From Ionaspis alba (taxonomy: Eukaryota), in assembly GCA_964255285.1 (NCBI GenBank), contig CAXUUL010000006.1, forward strand, positions 1 to 64,000: a stretch of DNA of 64,000 nucleotides. The letters are read 5' to 3'. Both the position numbers and the translations under genes were made by a program. A model generated the notes under the pieces. That model was not told the origin of the DNA and ran no database searches. It saw only the letters and a program-made list of their open reading frames with translations. This document shows positions 38,176 to 50,579 of this stretch, piece by piece; the first letter of the stretch is position 1; each line of letters opens with the position of its first letter.

Positions 38176-41100
38176 TTATCCAACCCACCGTCGTACACTC
38201 GAAAATAGTCTTCCCCATGGTCCCACCTCCCCCCACCCGTCAGTCTTGCCTTTGGGAATCCAAGACCCAATTCCGGCTAATACGGTCCGCTCAGGATGAG
38301 GCATCATTGCTAACACCCTCCCGTCAAATGATCGCACGCCTGTAATACCACGTGGACTTCCGTTTGGATTATAAGGATATTGCTCGGTGGGCTCTAGGTA
38401 ATTGTTTACATAACGCATCGAGACCATATCGTTCTTGATAAGGGCTCCCGCAGACCCAATGGGAGAGTGGAGAAAAGAAGCGCGGCCTTCGCCATGCGCA
38501 GTTGTGATGGGTAACATGGAGCCAGCCATGCCGTGCAAGAAGACGGATGGTGTCGATGATGTATCCATGACCTCGACCATGCAGACACGCGCTTCGTATT
38601 GCTCGCTGAGATTCCGCTCGAAACTGGGCCATGCTTCTGCGCCAGGAATAAGGTCCTTCAACCGACTGAGAAATTGGCATCCATTGCATACACCAAGCGT
38701 AAACGTATCCTTCCGCTCGAAAAAATTTTTGAACTCCTTGCGAGTCTCCGCATGCAGCAAGACGGACTTTGCCCATCCCTGGCCTGCACCAAGGACGTCA
38801 CCATAGGAGAAGCCTCCGCAAGCTGCAAGACCCACAAATGATGACAGCGTTGTGCGACCAGAAATGAGATCAGTCATGTGCACATCTATGGCGGAAAATC
38901 CCGCACTCATGAAGGCGAAGGCCATTTCTGAATGACCATTGACACCCTGTTCGCGGAGAATGGCGACTCGCGGTTTGGCGGTTATATATAGTGCTGAGAG
39001 AAGAGAGCTGGTCCGTGGGCGTATGTTCTCATCAGGATTGAAGGTCAGGTTGTAGGAAAGTCCAGGGTCTTTGAGATCAAGAATGTGGCTATATTCCTCA
39101 TCGGCGCAGATAGGATTGTCGCGAAGTCGTTGCATATGGTAAGAAGTACAAGACCAGCGCTGTTGAAGCGAAGTGCGAGACGATCGATAGACAAGCGAAG
39201 GGCCATGATGAATGGTGAGTTCCTGCTTCGTGCTTTGCGGAACACGACCAATTCTCTTGATCAGCCCGGTGGGAGGACCACACGTGGCAAAAGCACGATG
39301 GAATTCGGTCTCATCTTTCTGCCGAACTTGAAATACGGCCCCGAGTTCTTCGTTAAACAATGTGGCGATCCGTGATGCGACGTCGGTGGTTGGGCACAGA
39401 TCATCCAGCAAGATCTCTATACCGCATCTTCCAGCGAACATCATTTCGACCAGTGCAGTGAAAAGTCCGCCATCCGAGCGATCATGGTAGGCGAGAACGA
39501 TGCCAGCCTCTTGTAGTTGCTCGGTTGCGTCGAAAAAGTCCTTCAGTAATTGAACATCATGCACATCAGGGGCTTCATTCCCGATCTGACCATAAACCTG
39601 AGCCAAAGCCGAGCCTCCCAGTGCTTTGTGGTCCAAAGCAAGATCCACGAAAAGCAGAACAGTCTCTCCGACATCTTCGACACGGTGGAGTTGAGGAGTC
39701 CAGGTTTGCGTGATATGAGATACAGGGGCAAATGCGGAGACGACGAGAGAAAGTGGAGCAGTGACTTCTTGGATCTCCTCTGAGATTGGATCGGTCCATT
39801 TCATCTTCATCGACATGGAGTCTTTGCCAACGGGAATACTGATCCCAAGTTCTGGGCATAACTCCATGCTAACAGCCTCGACAGCTTCATAAAGAGCAGC
39901 ACCTTCGCCAGGATGATTACTTGCAACCATCCAATTTGCGGACAAGCGGATTCTTTCGAGCCCACCGAGCAAGTCCGCTGCAGCGATATTCATTAATGAT
40001 TCGGCTACTGCCATACGCGCAGATGCGGCCGGAGAGATCAGAGCCAAAGTAGGCTTCTCGCCCATCGCCATTGCCTCTCCGGTTTCGATGCCCAGTGTGA
40101 GAGAGGTCGCAGTGACCGAGACGTCTGAGACGGGGACTTGCCAGGGTCCAACCATTTGATCCCGTGCAGTCAAACCGCCGACTGTACGATCTCCAATGGT
40201 GATTAGGAATGACTTGGAGCCTACAGCAGGTAGAGACAATACCCGAGTGACAACAGTGTCTAGAAGATCGGATGTCGACTCAATCGAACCTGGAAGAGCA
40301 AGCGTGCTATCAAAGGGTGGGAGCTGCAATTGTCTGGAATCTACGATCCTGGTTGTCTTTGGAGGCTTGCCGAATAGGAAACCCATTGGTAGATCAATAG
40401 GTGAAGGGTAGTCCTTGCTGTCCCTGTCCTTCAGCACCAGTCTTTTCTCTCCATGCTGCACGTCTTGAGTCTTCCCAACAACAGAGTAGCCACATCGTTC
40501 TCGATCGGCAATCTGCTTGAAAACATTCAGACCGTCTTGTGCAACTGCCATGACATATCTTTCCTGTGCTTCGCAACACCATATCTGCAATGGGCTCATG
40601 CTCTTGTCAGCGTTATCTATTTCTCGAAGCTCAAATGTTGCACCAAGACCACAGTCGTGAACCAGCTCGGGTAATGCATTTGAAAGTCCTCCTGCTCCGA
40701 CATCGTGGATGAATCTGATCGGGTTTTCCGTACCCATAGCCACACAAGTATTGATGACCTCTTGGGCTCGACGTTGAACTTCGGCGTTGCCTCGTTGCAC
40801 ACTAGCAAAGTCCAGATGCACGGCTGCGTCACCAGAGGTGACACTCGATGCTGCGCCTCCTCCAAGTCCGATGAGCATAGCCGGACCTCCGAGAACGATC
40901 ACATATGCGCCAGCTTCGACGAGACTCGGGTCTTTGAGTGCATGTTGAGGTCGAACTGTACCAACACCTCCCGCTATCATAATTGGTTTGTGGTATCCCC
41001 TCAACTCCGTCTTGCCGTTGCCAAGGGGTAGCTGTGTGAGCAAGGTACGAAAATAACCGGTGATACAGGGCCTTCCAAACTCGTTGTTGAAGGCTGCACT

Positions 41101-42303
41101 GCCTATGGGTGCTTCGAGCATGATGTTGAGGCTGCTCGCGATGTGGCCTGGCTTGCCAATATCAAGCTCCCAAGGCTGCTCGAATCCTGGTATCAACAAG
41201 TCGGAGACGCTGAAACCAGATAGCCCAGCCTTTGGTCGAGACCCTCTGCCTACAGCTCCTTCATCCCTAATTTCACCACCAGATCCAGTTGCAGCGCCAG
41301 GGTATGGAGACACTGCTGTAGGATGATTGTGTGTCTCGACTTTGGCAAGGTATTGTACCTGCTCTTTTGCCTGTATCCACTCACCCGTTGCTCGATTGGG
41401 TGCCAAAAAGCTACCTTTATGACCTTCCATGACAGCCGCATTATCGCTGTAAGCACTGACCACATGATTTGGATTCTTTTTGTGCGTGTATCGGATCATT
41501 TGGAACAGACTATGCTGTTTCTGCACCCCATCGATCGTCCAGCTCGCGTTGAACTGCTTATGTCGGCAGTGCTCGGAGTTGACTTGGGCGAACATGAAGA
41601 GCTCAATATCCGTTGGAGATCGAGCTAGATGTCCACTGGGAACATACGCCTCTACCAGATATTCTATCTCGGAAGCATCGAGCGCCAGCCCGAGAGATTG
41701 ATTGAATGCTTCCAGGTTCGTCCGAGCATCAACACCGGGCTTGATCGTTTCAATGATCTCGACGGGTAGAGGCTGGTGTTCCCCAAACATAACCTCCATA
41801 TCAGGTAGAGAGGAAGAAAACTCCTGCGTCATCCGATCATGCAATGCATCCGAGATTGTTGCTGTAGCGACATCGACTCCAGCATCAAAGGTGACAGTGA
41901 TCGAAGTCCCTCGCTCGATCCGTTTGATGGATCGCTGGAAGCCGCATACGTGCGCAATGCTGGTAGCTTTGGAGCTCCATGGTGAGATTGTTCCTATTCT
42001 CGGCGTAACGTAGAAAGTATACGCCTGAGTAGTTACGCTTCTCGGTGGTGTTTGCTCGATGCCTCCCGGCGCGTCTTCATAGGTCAGTAGCTGTCTCAAT
42101 GCCGCTGTCTCGATCACACTAAGTTCTTGCCCTTGGTGTAGAGCAACATAATGGATGTATTTGGCCTGAACTTTGACAGCCCCTATCTCTTTAGCGATGA
42201 GCTGTTTCCTGAAATCTGAAAGCGCAGACGAGCCCAGGATTGTGAGAGTCGTGAGGGTCGTCATACTGCTGTCTAATGGCCAAGTTTCCCGTGATGTTCT
42301 CAT
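38176..42303 (-). CDS. ADE6: Phosphoribosylformylglycinamidine synthase (PurL); start may be 42264
   Basis: ISPWSSKAT, AQVNSEHCRH, KVETHNHPTA, IHDVGAGGLSNA, HDRSDGG, GGFSYGDVLG, GVCNGCQ, MMPHPER; intronless. Confidence 0.98.
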   Translation of the reverse strand: MRTSRETWPLDSSMTTLTTLTILGSSALSDFRKQLIAKEIGAVKVQAKYIHYVALHQGQELSVIETAALRQLLTYEDAPGGIEQTPPRSVTTQAYTFYVTPRIGTISPWSSKATSIAHVCGFQRSIKRIERGTSITVTFDAGVDVATATISDALHDRMTQEFSSSLPDMEVMFGEHQPLPVEIIETIKPGVDARTNLEAFNQSLGLALDASEIEYLVEAYVPSGHLARSPTDIELFMFAQVNSEHCRHKQFNASWTIDGVQKQHSLFQMIRYTHKKNPNHVVSAYSDNAAVMEGHKGSFLAPNRATGEWIQAKEQVQYLAKVETHNHPTAVSPYPGAATGSGGEIRDEGAVGRGSRPKAGLSGFSVSDLLIPGFEQPWELDIGKPGHIASSLNIMLEAPIGSAAFNNEFGRPCITGYFRTLLTQLPLGNGKTELRGYHKPIMIAGGVGTVRPQHALKDPSLVEAGAYVIVLGGPAMLIGLGGGAASSVTSGDAAVHLDFASVQRGNAEVQRRAQEVINTCVAMGTENPIRFIHDVGAGGLSNALPELVHDCGLGATFELREIDNADKSMSPLQIWCCEAQERYVMAVAQDGLNVFKQIADRERCGYSVVGKTQDVQHGEKRLVLKDRDSKDYPSPIDLPMGFLFGKPPKTTRIVDSRQLQLPPFDSTLALPGSIESTSDLLDTVVTRVLSLPAVGSKSFLITIGDRTVGGLTARDQMVGPWQVPVSDVSVTATSLTLGIETGEAMAMGEKPTLALISPAASARMAVAESLMNIAAADLLGGLERIRLSANWMVASNHPGEGAALYEAVEAVSMELCPELGISIPVGKDSMSMKMKWTDPISEEIQEVTAPLSLVVSAFAPVSHITQTWTPQLHRVEDVGETVLLFVDLALDHKALGGSALAQVYGQIGNEAPDVHDVQLLKDFFDATEQLQEAGIVLAYHDRSDGGLFTALVEMMFAGRCGIEILLDDLCPTTDVASRIATLFNEELGAVFQVRQKDETEFHRAFATCGPPTGLIKRIGRVPQSTKQELTIHHGPSLVYRSSRTSLQQRWSCTSYHMQRLRDNPICADEEYSHILDLKDPGLSYNLTFNPDENIRPRTSSLLSALYITAKPRVAILREQGVNGHSEMAFAFMSAGFSAIDVHMTDLISGRTTLSSFVGLAACGGFSYGDVLGAGQGWAKSVLLHAETRKEFKNFFERKDTFTLGVCNGCQFLSRLKDLIPGAEAWPSFERNLSEQYEARVCMVEVMDTSSTPSVFLHGMAGSMLPITTAHGEGRASFLHSPIGSAGALIKNDMVSMRYVNNYLEPTEQYPYNPNGSPRGITGVRSFDGRVLAMMPHPERTVLAGIGSWIPKGKTDGWGEVGPWGRLFSSVRRWVG

Positions 42304-43200
42304 GACGTAGGCTCATAGATGCTATTCAGACAAAATAGAATAAATGCAAGGAAATACAGAGATCTCGGGTAGAGATCACAAAAGATATCGATGTGTCGTT
42401 AGACTTTGTGTATCCATCAATGGACCAAATTCTCGAATATATTGTAGCAGGTCCATAGAAACCAAGCAACAAGATCCGAACGTCCTCCGATCATATCTCA
42501 GCTTGAACAGGCTGATATGGAGGCGAACAAGCACCAGGAAAGGATAATTACCGGAGGTGAGTTTCGCGGTGTGAGAATTGCCCAATATGCCATCCGAAAT
42601 AGTGAGAAAGTTTTTCCAGCTCCGAAGATAGGAAAAACCTGCAGCCAGGTACGCGAGGTAACCGCCTAAAGGCTCTTTCATGCCAAGATATCATTTGCAG
42701 TTCTGCCACAGTACTTCCTCTGAGTAAGGACCGTGTTGACAGCTTGCTCATGGAGAGATGCCTCGGCCTCCAGCAGCCTTACACAGACGAAGAGCAGCAC
42801 GACCCCATTTCCGCACCTGCTGAGCTCGCTGATTGGCTGCGCGGCTAGCCAAGCGAGATTCGCAAAATTGCCAGAGAAGGCCGCTTTCACGTGCTTCATC
42901 CTCCTTTTCCAAGCTGAGCGCGTTGTTCCAAATTGCCCATGCCATTCTCGATGATTGCGCCGTTTTCTTACACGGACATCCATTGACTTTCCATGCACCT
43001 TGTAATCAATCCTCTTCTTGTCACTCCTTTGACTTCTTCTGTCCTCCTCGTCTCCTCTTTCGAATCACTCCTTCAAACGTTGTCGTTCTACCGACGTCGT
43101 GCTATTGGGCTGACCCTGAACAATCCTTCCACTACATCACTGGCTGTCGTGACCGGTGTTTACCTCGAAGTATAGCATATTTGCGCACGTACAGCTCACC

Positions 43201-44438
43201 ATGTCGTCCAACGCCCTCAAATCCGTTCCCTTTCCGCTTCCTACCCTCGATCGACCTTTCGCAGTGGAATTATGGCCCATCTTCGAGAAAGTTTGGACAT
43301 CGTTCCGGTCTTTCCCACCACAAGCCTTCCGATTCGTACCCGGAGAAACGCCGATGTCGACGCTGAAAGAGACTGTCATAGTCCTGTTATCATACTACAT
43401 CATTGTATTTGGGGGGCGCGAACTGATGAAGAATCGACCAGCATTTAAATTCAACCCGCTGTTCATGTTTCACAATCTGTACTTGACGATAATTTCTGGA
43501 GGTCTGTTGGTTCTGTTCGTCGAGCAACTCCTCTCAACCGTCGTGAGGAAGGGGATCTTCTTTGCCATATGCGACCACGATGGAGGTTGGACGAATAGAC
43601 TGGTCACGCTATACTACGTATGTCGAGAGCTCAAGATAGAGTACTACACGGCACGCTCACCTCCTTTAGCTGAATTACATTACGAAATACATCGAACTAC
43701 TAGATACGGTCTTCCTTGTTCTTAAGAAGAAGCCTCTCAGTACGGCTCCCAGACCATCCTTACTCACACTGCGTTACTGAAGTTCCACAGCTTTTCTTCA
43801 CACCTACCATCATGGAGCGACAGCCTTGCTCTGTTACACCCAGCTAGTCGGACTGACTCCAATTTCCTGGGTACCTATCACTCTCAATCTGCTCGTCCAC
43901 GTCGTCATGTACTGGTACTACTTTCAAAGCGCTAGAGGCATCCGAATTTGGTGGAAGGAGTGGATCACCCGGCTCCAGATCGCCCAGTTTGTCATCGATC
44001 TTGGTAAGTAGACATACTTCCTCATATACATCTACTCCCATTCCGTACCCGTTATGCCAGTCGCGCACACATAACCACGAGTTATACTAATCCATTTTTC
44101 GTATAGGTTTTGTCTACTTCGCCACGTATACCTATTTCACTTCAACTTACTTCTCGAATATGCCCAACTACGGACGCTGCGCCGGTGAAGAGTTTGCCGC
44201 CATCGCAGGTTGCGCTATCCTAAGCTCCTACCTCCTTCTATTCATCTCCTTCTACCTAGCTACATACAAAAAGACAGGCCAGCAAGGGCGCAAGAGAAGA
44301 GGCACGGCGACGAAAGCGGCCATTGACATGAGCAGACTGGAGGTGCCAACTGTGGACGCGATCAGTCACCGAGGCGAGGCCAATGGGAGTGCGTCAGGAA
44401 GGAGCAGTAAGGGCAGCATACGTTCGCGCAAAGCTTAG
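43201..44438 (+). CDS. ELO2: Fatty acid elongase, GNS1/SUR4 (ELO) family
   Basis: [59 protein letters not shown]; 3 introns; basic C-terminus. The paralog assignment (ELO2/Fen1-like) is tentative. Confidence 0.9.
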
Positions 44439-47400
44439 AGAGTGTCTGACGGTGAAACTGTGTTCGTGGAGGAGGTTATCCGTATTCTGCTACGGATGCC
44501 TAAGACTAAAGGAGTTCTTGATTGTCGCAAACTTTTTGGCTGTTGTCGTGAGCCAGCCAATTGGCAGACTCCTGAGATCGTCGACTTCAGTGGAACATCA
44601 GCTACGAACGATGGCGGACTTTCTTCGTGTACTAACAATATGCTCATATACCCTACTATATTTTCCAAGGCTTGCAACATTCTCTCGGATGCGTCGGGCT
44701 AAGTTGAGCAGAAGATATGTAAAAAGGAGCAGTAAATGGAGGGATGGCATTGAGGCCATGCCCAACCATTCGACGTGATATGCATTTCTTACTTGGCATT
44801 ATGGTATGAACATTGAGATTGGTGCAGAGCTGGATTTTCTTCGGTTCAGACAGAGGCATTTGTATGATAGAAAGCAAAAACCCTGGGGAAATATTCAAAA
44901 TACGAGATTGGTTCAACTAGACAGTGCAGTCTGCATGCTTGGTCACACAAGACCAGAAAGCTAAAGCCGCGGTAGGAACGGATCTAATCCTATCCTTGCT
45001 CAAGTCAGATCGATCACCGACTTTTCCGGTACGTTAGGAGGCAGTGGCAAGGCCTTTCGATCGCGTGTTTTCGGATCTACGCGCAAAAGCAGAAGCCACG
45101 TGGGATATTGGCCAGTTTTTCTTCCTTGCATCCTTCTTTGCACAGCTTCCATTTCTTCCGTGCATCCTTCTTTGCACTACTTCCATTTCTTCCCTGGTAC
45201 CTTTTCCATCATTCGTGGCATCAGGGGAGAATTTGCATAGATCCGCACAAGCGCTTCAATAACGGTCTGCTAGCGCTGATGCTATGTGGCACTCTGCGTT
45301 CCTCTCGAGTGGTCACTCCGATGACCGCATGTCTCTTCCATGCCTTCCTGGGTGCGGCTTGCCGGTTCATCTGCCTCGTCTCCTTGTAGTGTTAGTATTG
45401 CATTGCATTGTTGGATTCTCCATAACGAGAGCTAAGAGGAAGGGCGGGTATAATAGCGGGTAATGCTCGACACTGCCTTCCCGCCTTCAACGTGGTGCCA
45501 ATGCAGATGGGAAATAAACGATGAGAGCGGGAGTGTAATCGTGGGCCTTTGGAGCGCGTGTTTCGAATCGCTAGCGTTTCGCTTGAGATTCGAAGTTTGA
45601 ATGTACGTGGAGACTGACCTGATTCCACTTGTCGACAACTTGTGCCATGAAGCTTAAGCTAGCAGAGGTCTCCCGTACGTTAGTCTCGCCGAGTCAAAGC
45701 ACTTGAAGCATGCCCATCTGGTCTTGTGCTCATGCTCATCCTTTAGGAATGTTTACCTTTTGTATTGGCCCCTAAGCGTTCGAAGAGTGCTTCAATCGAT
45801 GTCGCTGTGATTTTCAGTTGCTGAACAAAGTTGCGGATGATAGAGAAAGAAGAGCAATGAGTAAAACCTTCACACGGCAGGCAGTCTCCAAAGCGCAAAG
45901 CTTGTACGGTATTTTCATGTACTTTTATGGCAGGGAGCCTTAGACCAGCGTGTTCCTGCGAAATGACGAAGAAACATTTCAGACTAATCACCAACGTCAA
46001 TACTGACACGAAGGAGTGCGTGCTCAATTCGTACGGTATTGTGATTGCATGGGAACGGTAGTGTAGAGGCAATGATGGAGAAAAATGCGCCTCTTGATTG
46101 GGTTCTTAGACTAGGGCAAGGAAGTTGACGTATACCGTTCCTGGAGCTAGAAGCTTCATTAGGCCTCCAGAAGTCTACGTAGAACACCATATCTGGAATG
46201 AATGATTCATGCAACATTATTCATGATTTGATTGATGAGTAGATGGCCAGTACATCTACATTGTCACCCTATGCAACGATCTTGATGTGCCAATCTCAGC
46301 GCAACTAGGTTTCCGATTCCATTACCTTCAACTCCGAAGTGTTTGTAAGACGGAATGTCAGAAGGAGCCAGAGACCGGATCTCCCCGACACGGTTCGCGG
46401 AGAAGCCTGAAACCCGGAACTCTTCCAGATCGTGGAAGGAGTTATTCTAGGTAAGCGACCTGGAGCGGCCGATGTACATTGTGGTGCCTGCGGCGTTTCA
46501 CTCAAGCGGAAGTGTGGTTACACCTCTTCTGGCGAGAACGTTGCAAGAGTGATCTATTAGGCCGTGAGTGGGGATGAACGGGTGGGAGGAGAGCGAATGC
46601 GGCTGAGCTCAACAGAACGGCATCATCGTCTTTGAATAAGGTCAGAATTTTAGGAAAGGATTTCATAGATGTGATCGTTGGACTATAATTCGAGAGGGAC
46701 GTAAATGTGTTGCGCGGGTTACTTGGGATTGATGGTTGCCAAGCTTGCGCACTGAATTGGAGGGACTAGACCGGAAAGAATAGCATGTTGGAACATTGGT
46801 CTTTCTGTGGTGTCGAGCATAATCCCCTCGTGGGAAGTTTCGCAAGCATCGGTCGATCGAACGATTGTTTTGGATAGACGCAGAGCTCAAACTCAGCGAG
46901 ACAAGGTACAGCCATCCAAATCGGAAAATCTGGTTGGGCGGATATGGATCAGTAGCAGGCCGAGTGCGAAAATCCTGCAGGGTACAGGATACTACAAGTG
47001 TATGCCGGCTGAGTGCAGTACTTCTTTCCTGCCTCGGTGTACAGTAGGTAGGCAAGAGAGATGGGCCAGGCGGTGTGGGTACAGTGCGCGCGGCCGTTCA
47101 ATTCGGTTTCCAGCACACTGGAAAACGGCTGGCGGAAGGAATGGTACGTGTAGAATAAACCCGGCATGCGGAAAGATTGGCCATTCGTCGGGTGGATGTT
47201 GGTATGCATAAGCTCTGCGCGACCGAGAGATCGAGCGTGACGCCTGCTTAGAAGGAAGTAAAGAAGAAGTATGACGGATGAGGAGTTGTTGATGGCTGAC
47301 GATAGCGTCGAGATGGAAGAGCTGCTAGCGGTGAGGGGAAGAGGAAGATACGCAATCATGGCACTTTTGCAGGCCTATCGTTGATCTTTTGGCCAACAGA

Positions 47401-49397
47401 ATAACTCAAGAAGCTCACTGGCGCCAAAGTAAAGCGCCATCCAGCTCTACAGAAGTTGGTCTTCGAGATGCTAGCTGCGAACAATCTGGTAGCTTGTGCC
47501 GATGGTGGGAAGAGACATTGAAAGAGTAGAACTAGTGCAGGATGTGTTTTCACCCACGATCAACCCCTCGCGGACATGGCGAGAAAGTTTCTTGCATCAC
47601 AGACTCAACTCGTCTGCTCTCTTGGAAACGATCTGGATGATGTTCCGACCGGCTGTGCCTCTGCAAGAAGAAGAATCATGCACGAGGGGATGTCGAGCAT
47701 ATCATTGTCAAAGGATCCGTCGTGTGACTGTCCTGTCATATCCGAAGCATTGCAAAACTTACTCTGCATGCATGAATTTGCAAGGAATTGGTTCCATCAC
47801 CGGAAGAATCATCATCGACGACAACGAAGGAGGAGAAAGTCGACAAGGTTTTTTTTCTTTCTTTTCCTTAGTCAGTGGAGGATTCGATTATGCAGTAGGG
47901 AGCTCTCGAGGTCGACCAATACAGAAGCTGCCGAGAAGACTGGCGTTTGTTACAAAGCTGATACGGCACAGGTCTCGGAGTGACAGTGTCAGGCGTTGAA
48001 AACAAGAGAGATGGAAATAATGAAGACAAAGCCAGCACGTAGTGACCAATGAGGAAGGATGAAACAGCCACACTCCGTCACAAACCAGCACACCCATCAG
48101 CCATCAACCTGCGGCACGTCAGAGGCAGAAGCCCCCAGTGCTTCCCCCGTTGCACCCACCAATGCCCCCTCCCTAACCCCTGACGGAGATCCCACACTTT
48201 GTCCCCTAGTCAGTTGCCTGATGGAGTAATTCCCTCCAACCATCATGCCGCTCGATACCATCTGTACCACATTTAACAGACACTCCGTTACGACATACCC
48301 CTCGCTGACAGGCGACCGTCCCTCCCCTGGACGGCCGCAGTTCGGCAAAGGGCATCCAACCAAGCCTGCTCGAGAGTCACTAACTGGCGGAAGAGAAAGG
48401 CAGAAAGTGTAGGGACGATGGAACATGGGAGCATTGGATCATGGGGAACATGGGCAGGCAACAAGTATGGCCATCCCATCCACCCACCACTGCCGCTGCC
48501 GTCCTACGTTGTAGGACATGCTTCCGGAACGGACAAGGCACATTCGTTTTGGAACCGTCCAGAGAAGGCACTGGCATGAACAAGAGCTAAGGCACACTTG
48601 TCGGAGAAGGGCAGCAAATAGCTTTCCACAAGGGTGTGGTATGGAATGATGGAAAGAAGATGGAGGGTGGGATGACAGCAAAAGAAGAGTGAATTTACTC
48701 TCATGTAGCCAGTAGAAACGGGATCGTCACCACCGTGCCATCGTATACATTATGCTCTCCACCTCCCCCAGCTCCTCTCTCCCTCTCCGTCCTTGTTCTC
48801 ACTGCTCCTATGTTTCTACACTGCTGAGTCGTCTTGTTGTTGGCTGTTCCATTGGCCTCCAGTAACAAGAATCCTGTGGTCGATCATCCCACCCTCGCCT
48901 TCTCGTTAATCGGGGTAGGCTGGCCGCAGTGTTGGTCACCACTCTACTTGAAATCCTCCGAGGGGCACCATAATAATAATAGCAAGACTAACTTGTTGCT
49001 TGTTGCTGTTGCACTTCCTTCTCCCTCCAGCCTGCCGTGCGCTACTGCAGCTTCATTTCTACCTATCTATCCTCTACTCTCAGACCACCAAGACCGGAAA
49101 GACCCCACCGCATACGTTATCCCTTCGCCTCCACCACGCGTTTCTCCCCACTGAGAAGCGCAATAACCTCGCGAATCGCTCACTGCCAAAAATCTCGATT
49201 ATCTGTTATCCGTCGGGCGCCCTCAGAATCGCCTGTCCTTCGATTTCTTCAACTTCCTCCCCTCAATACACTCTCGCAGCTTCCACCACCGTGTTCTAGC
49301 ATCTTGATCTCCCACATATCCAACCAATTGACGGACAAAGCTCCAAGGAAACCTAGGAACGAGTCCCACGATAGCTAGCCTGCTCTCATCGCTCAAG

Positions 49398-50579
49398 ATG
49401 CCGGTCATCAACCGCCGCCAACATTCCGGAGACCTGCGCTCCACCGCCCTCAACGCCGGCGGCAGCACCCACGTTCGTACCTCAAGCACAGACAGCATTC
49501 CGTCCCAGAAGACTGCCTACTGGATTCCCTCCTCAACCATCCCCGAACCGACCAACAAGCCTTCTCTGACCACACTCCGCCTCAGGACCTCACCGTCCCT
49601 TCACGACCGTTACCAGTCGAGCGAGGAAGAGGCTTCTCCAAGTCCAGACGATTATACCTCGAACACAGATTCCGAAGGTTCCCTTTCACGAGCCTCCCCA
49701 GAAGTCCCAGAGCCCGCATCTCGAAAGGCTTCGGTGAGCAGCAGTGCTGCCTCTTCAACTTATGAGGATGCCGAACCCGAGCTTGAAGCAGACACATTCT
49801 CCGATTCCGACGAGGAAGTCGACGAGCCTCTTCCCATAACCTTCTCCGCTGCTGCCTTGGCAATCGCCATCCCGCTACATTACGCAGGTCGTCCGAAGCT
49901 CATCTCCATCAGCGCCCTAGCACCAATGCAGAAGCGGAAACGTCCTTTGCCTGCCTCGGGCATGACGCTGCACCCGAACAGACGATTCAACCCGACTTTC
50001 ACTCAGGTCGAATTGTCCGCCAAGTCATCATACTCCTCAATCGTGGACCTCACCACGAGTCCTGCGCCAACAATAGCTGTAAAGGGCAAGGGCCGTGCCT
50101 ACCAAACCCGGAGCCCACACTACAACCGTAGCTCGAACCAAACCTCTATCGTCACTCCAAAGCGAACTGACTCGCTCCCCAAACACGACCTCCAATCACC
50201 AGCGACTTGGCTCCCCAGCGACGAAATGTCGCTATCCGAGTCCGAAGAAGCTGAATCACTTCTCCACCCTACCTTCACACACCCTTTCGATGCCGGGGAG
50301 GAAATCCACTTCCCTTCCGAAGACCTCGACCTCAGCCTCAACGGTGGATTCGGCAACCTGACCAGTCCCACCCCGACGAGTTATGCGGACTACGACCCCT
50401 ATGCCCTCGCGCCCCCAAGACTCTCGCGGGAAAGCAGCGATACCTCGCGACGGGCGGGAGGCTTGGATGGGAGGAAAGGGAGCGGGGCTTATGAGGACGG
50501 GAGGGAGGGTTGGAGGGGCCTGGTAGGAAGAGGCAAGGGCAGAAGATTGGGAGGCAAGAGGGCCAAGGTTGTTGTTTAG
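49398..50579 (+). CDS. Uncharacterised Ser/Pro-rich, probably disordered protein
   Basis: 393-aa intronless ORF, good start context (AAGATG), preceded by a pyrimidine-rich leader; one ordered-looking motif ALAIAIPLHYAGRPKLISI. Confidence 0.7.
   Translation: MPVINRRQHSGDLRSTALNAGGSTHVRTSSTDSIPSQKTAYWIPSSTIPEPTNKPSLTTLRLRTSPSLHDRYQSSEEEASPSPDDYTSNTDSEGSLSRASPEVPEPASRKASVSSSAASSTYEDAEPELEADTFSDSDEEVDEPLPITFSAAALAIAIPLHYAGRPKLISISALAPMQKRKRPLPASGMTLHPNRRFNPTFTQVELSAKSSYSSIVDLTTSPAPTIAVKGKGRAYQTRSPHYNRSSNQTSIVTPKRTDSLPKHDLQSPATWLPSDEMSLSESEEAESLLHPTFTHPFDAGEEIHFPSEDLDLSLNGGFGNLTSPTPTSYADYDPYALAPPRLSRESSDTSRRAGGLDGRKGSGAYEDGREGWRGLVGRGKGRRLGGKRAKVVV

Noticed and set aside
5849..42013. Numerous antisense or overlapping 60-180 aa ORFs in the track
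   Set aside because: Shadows of long coding exons with no recognisable motifs.
488..42303. Gcn2/Gcn4-related cluster (YIH1, TRA1, ADE6)
   Set aside because: The genes are far apart and interspersed with unrelated housekeeping genes; no shared motif seen.
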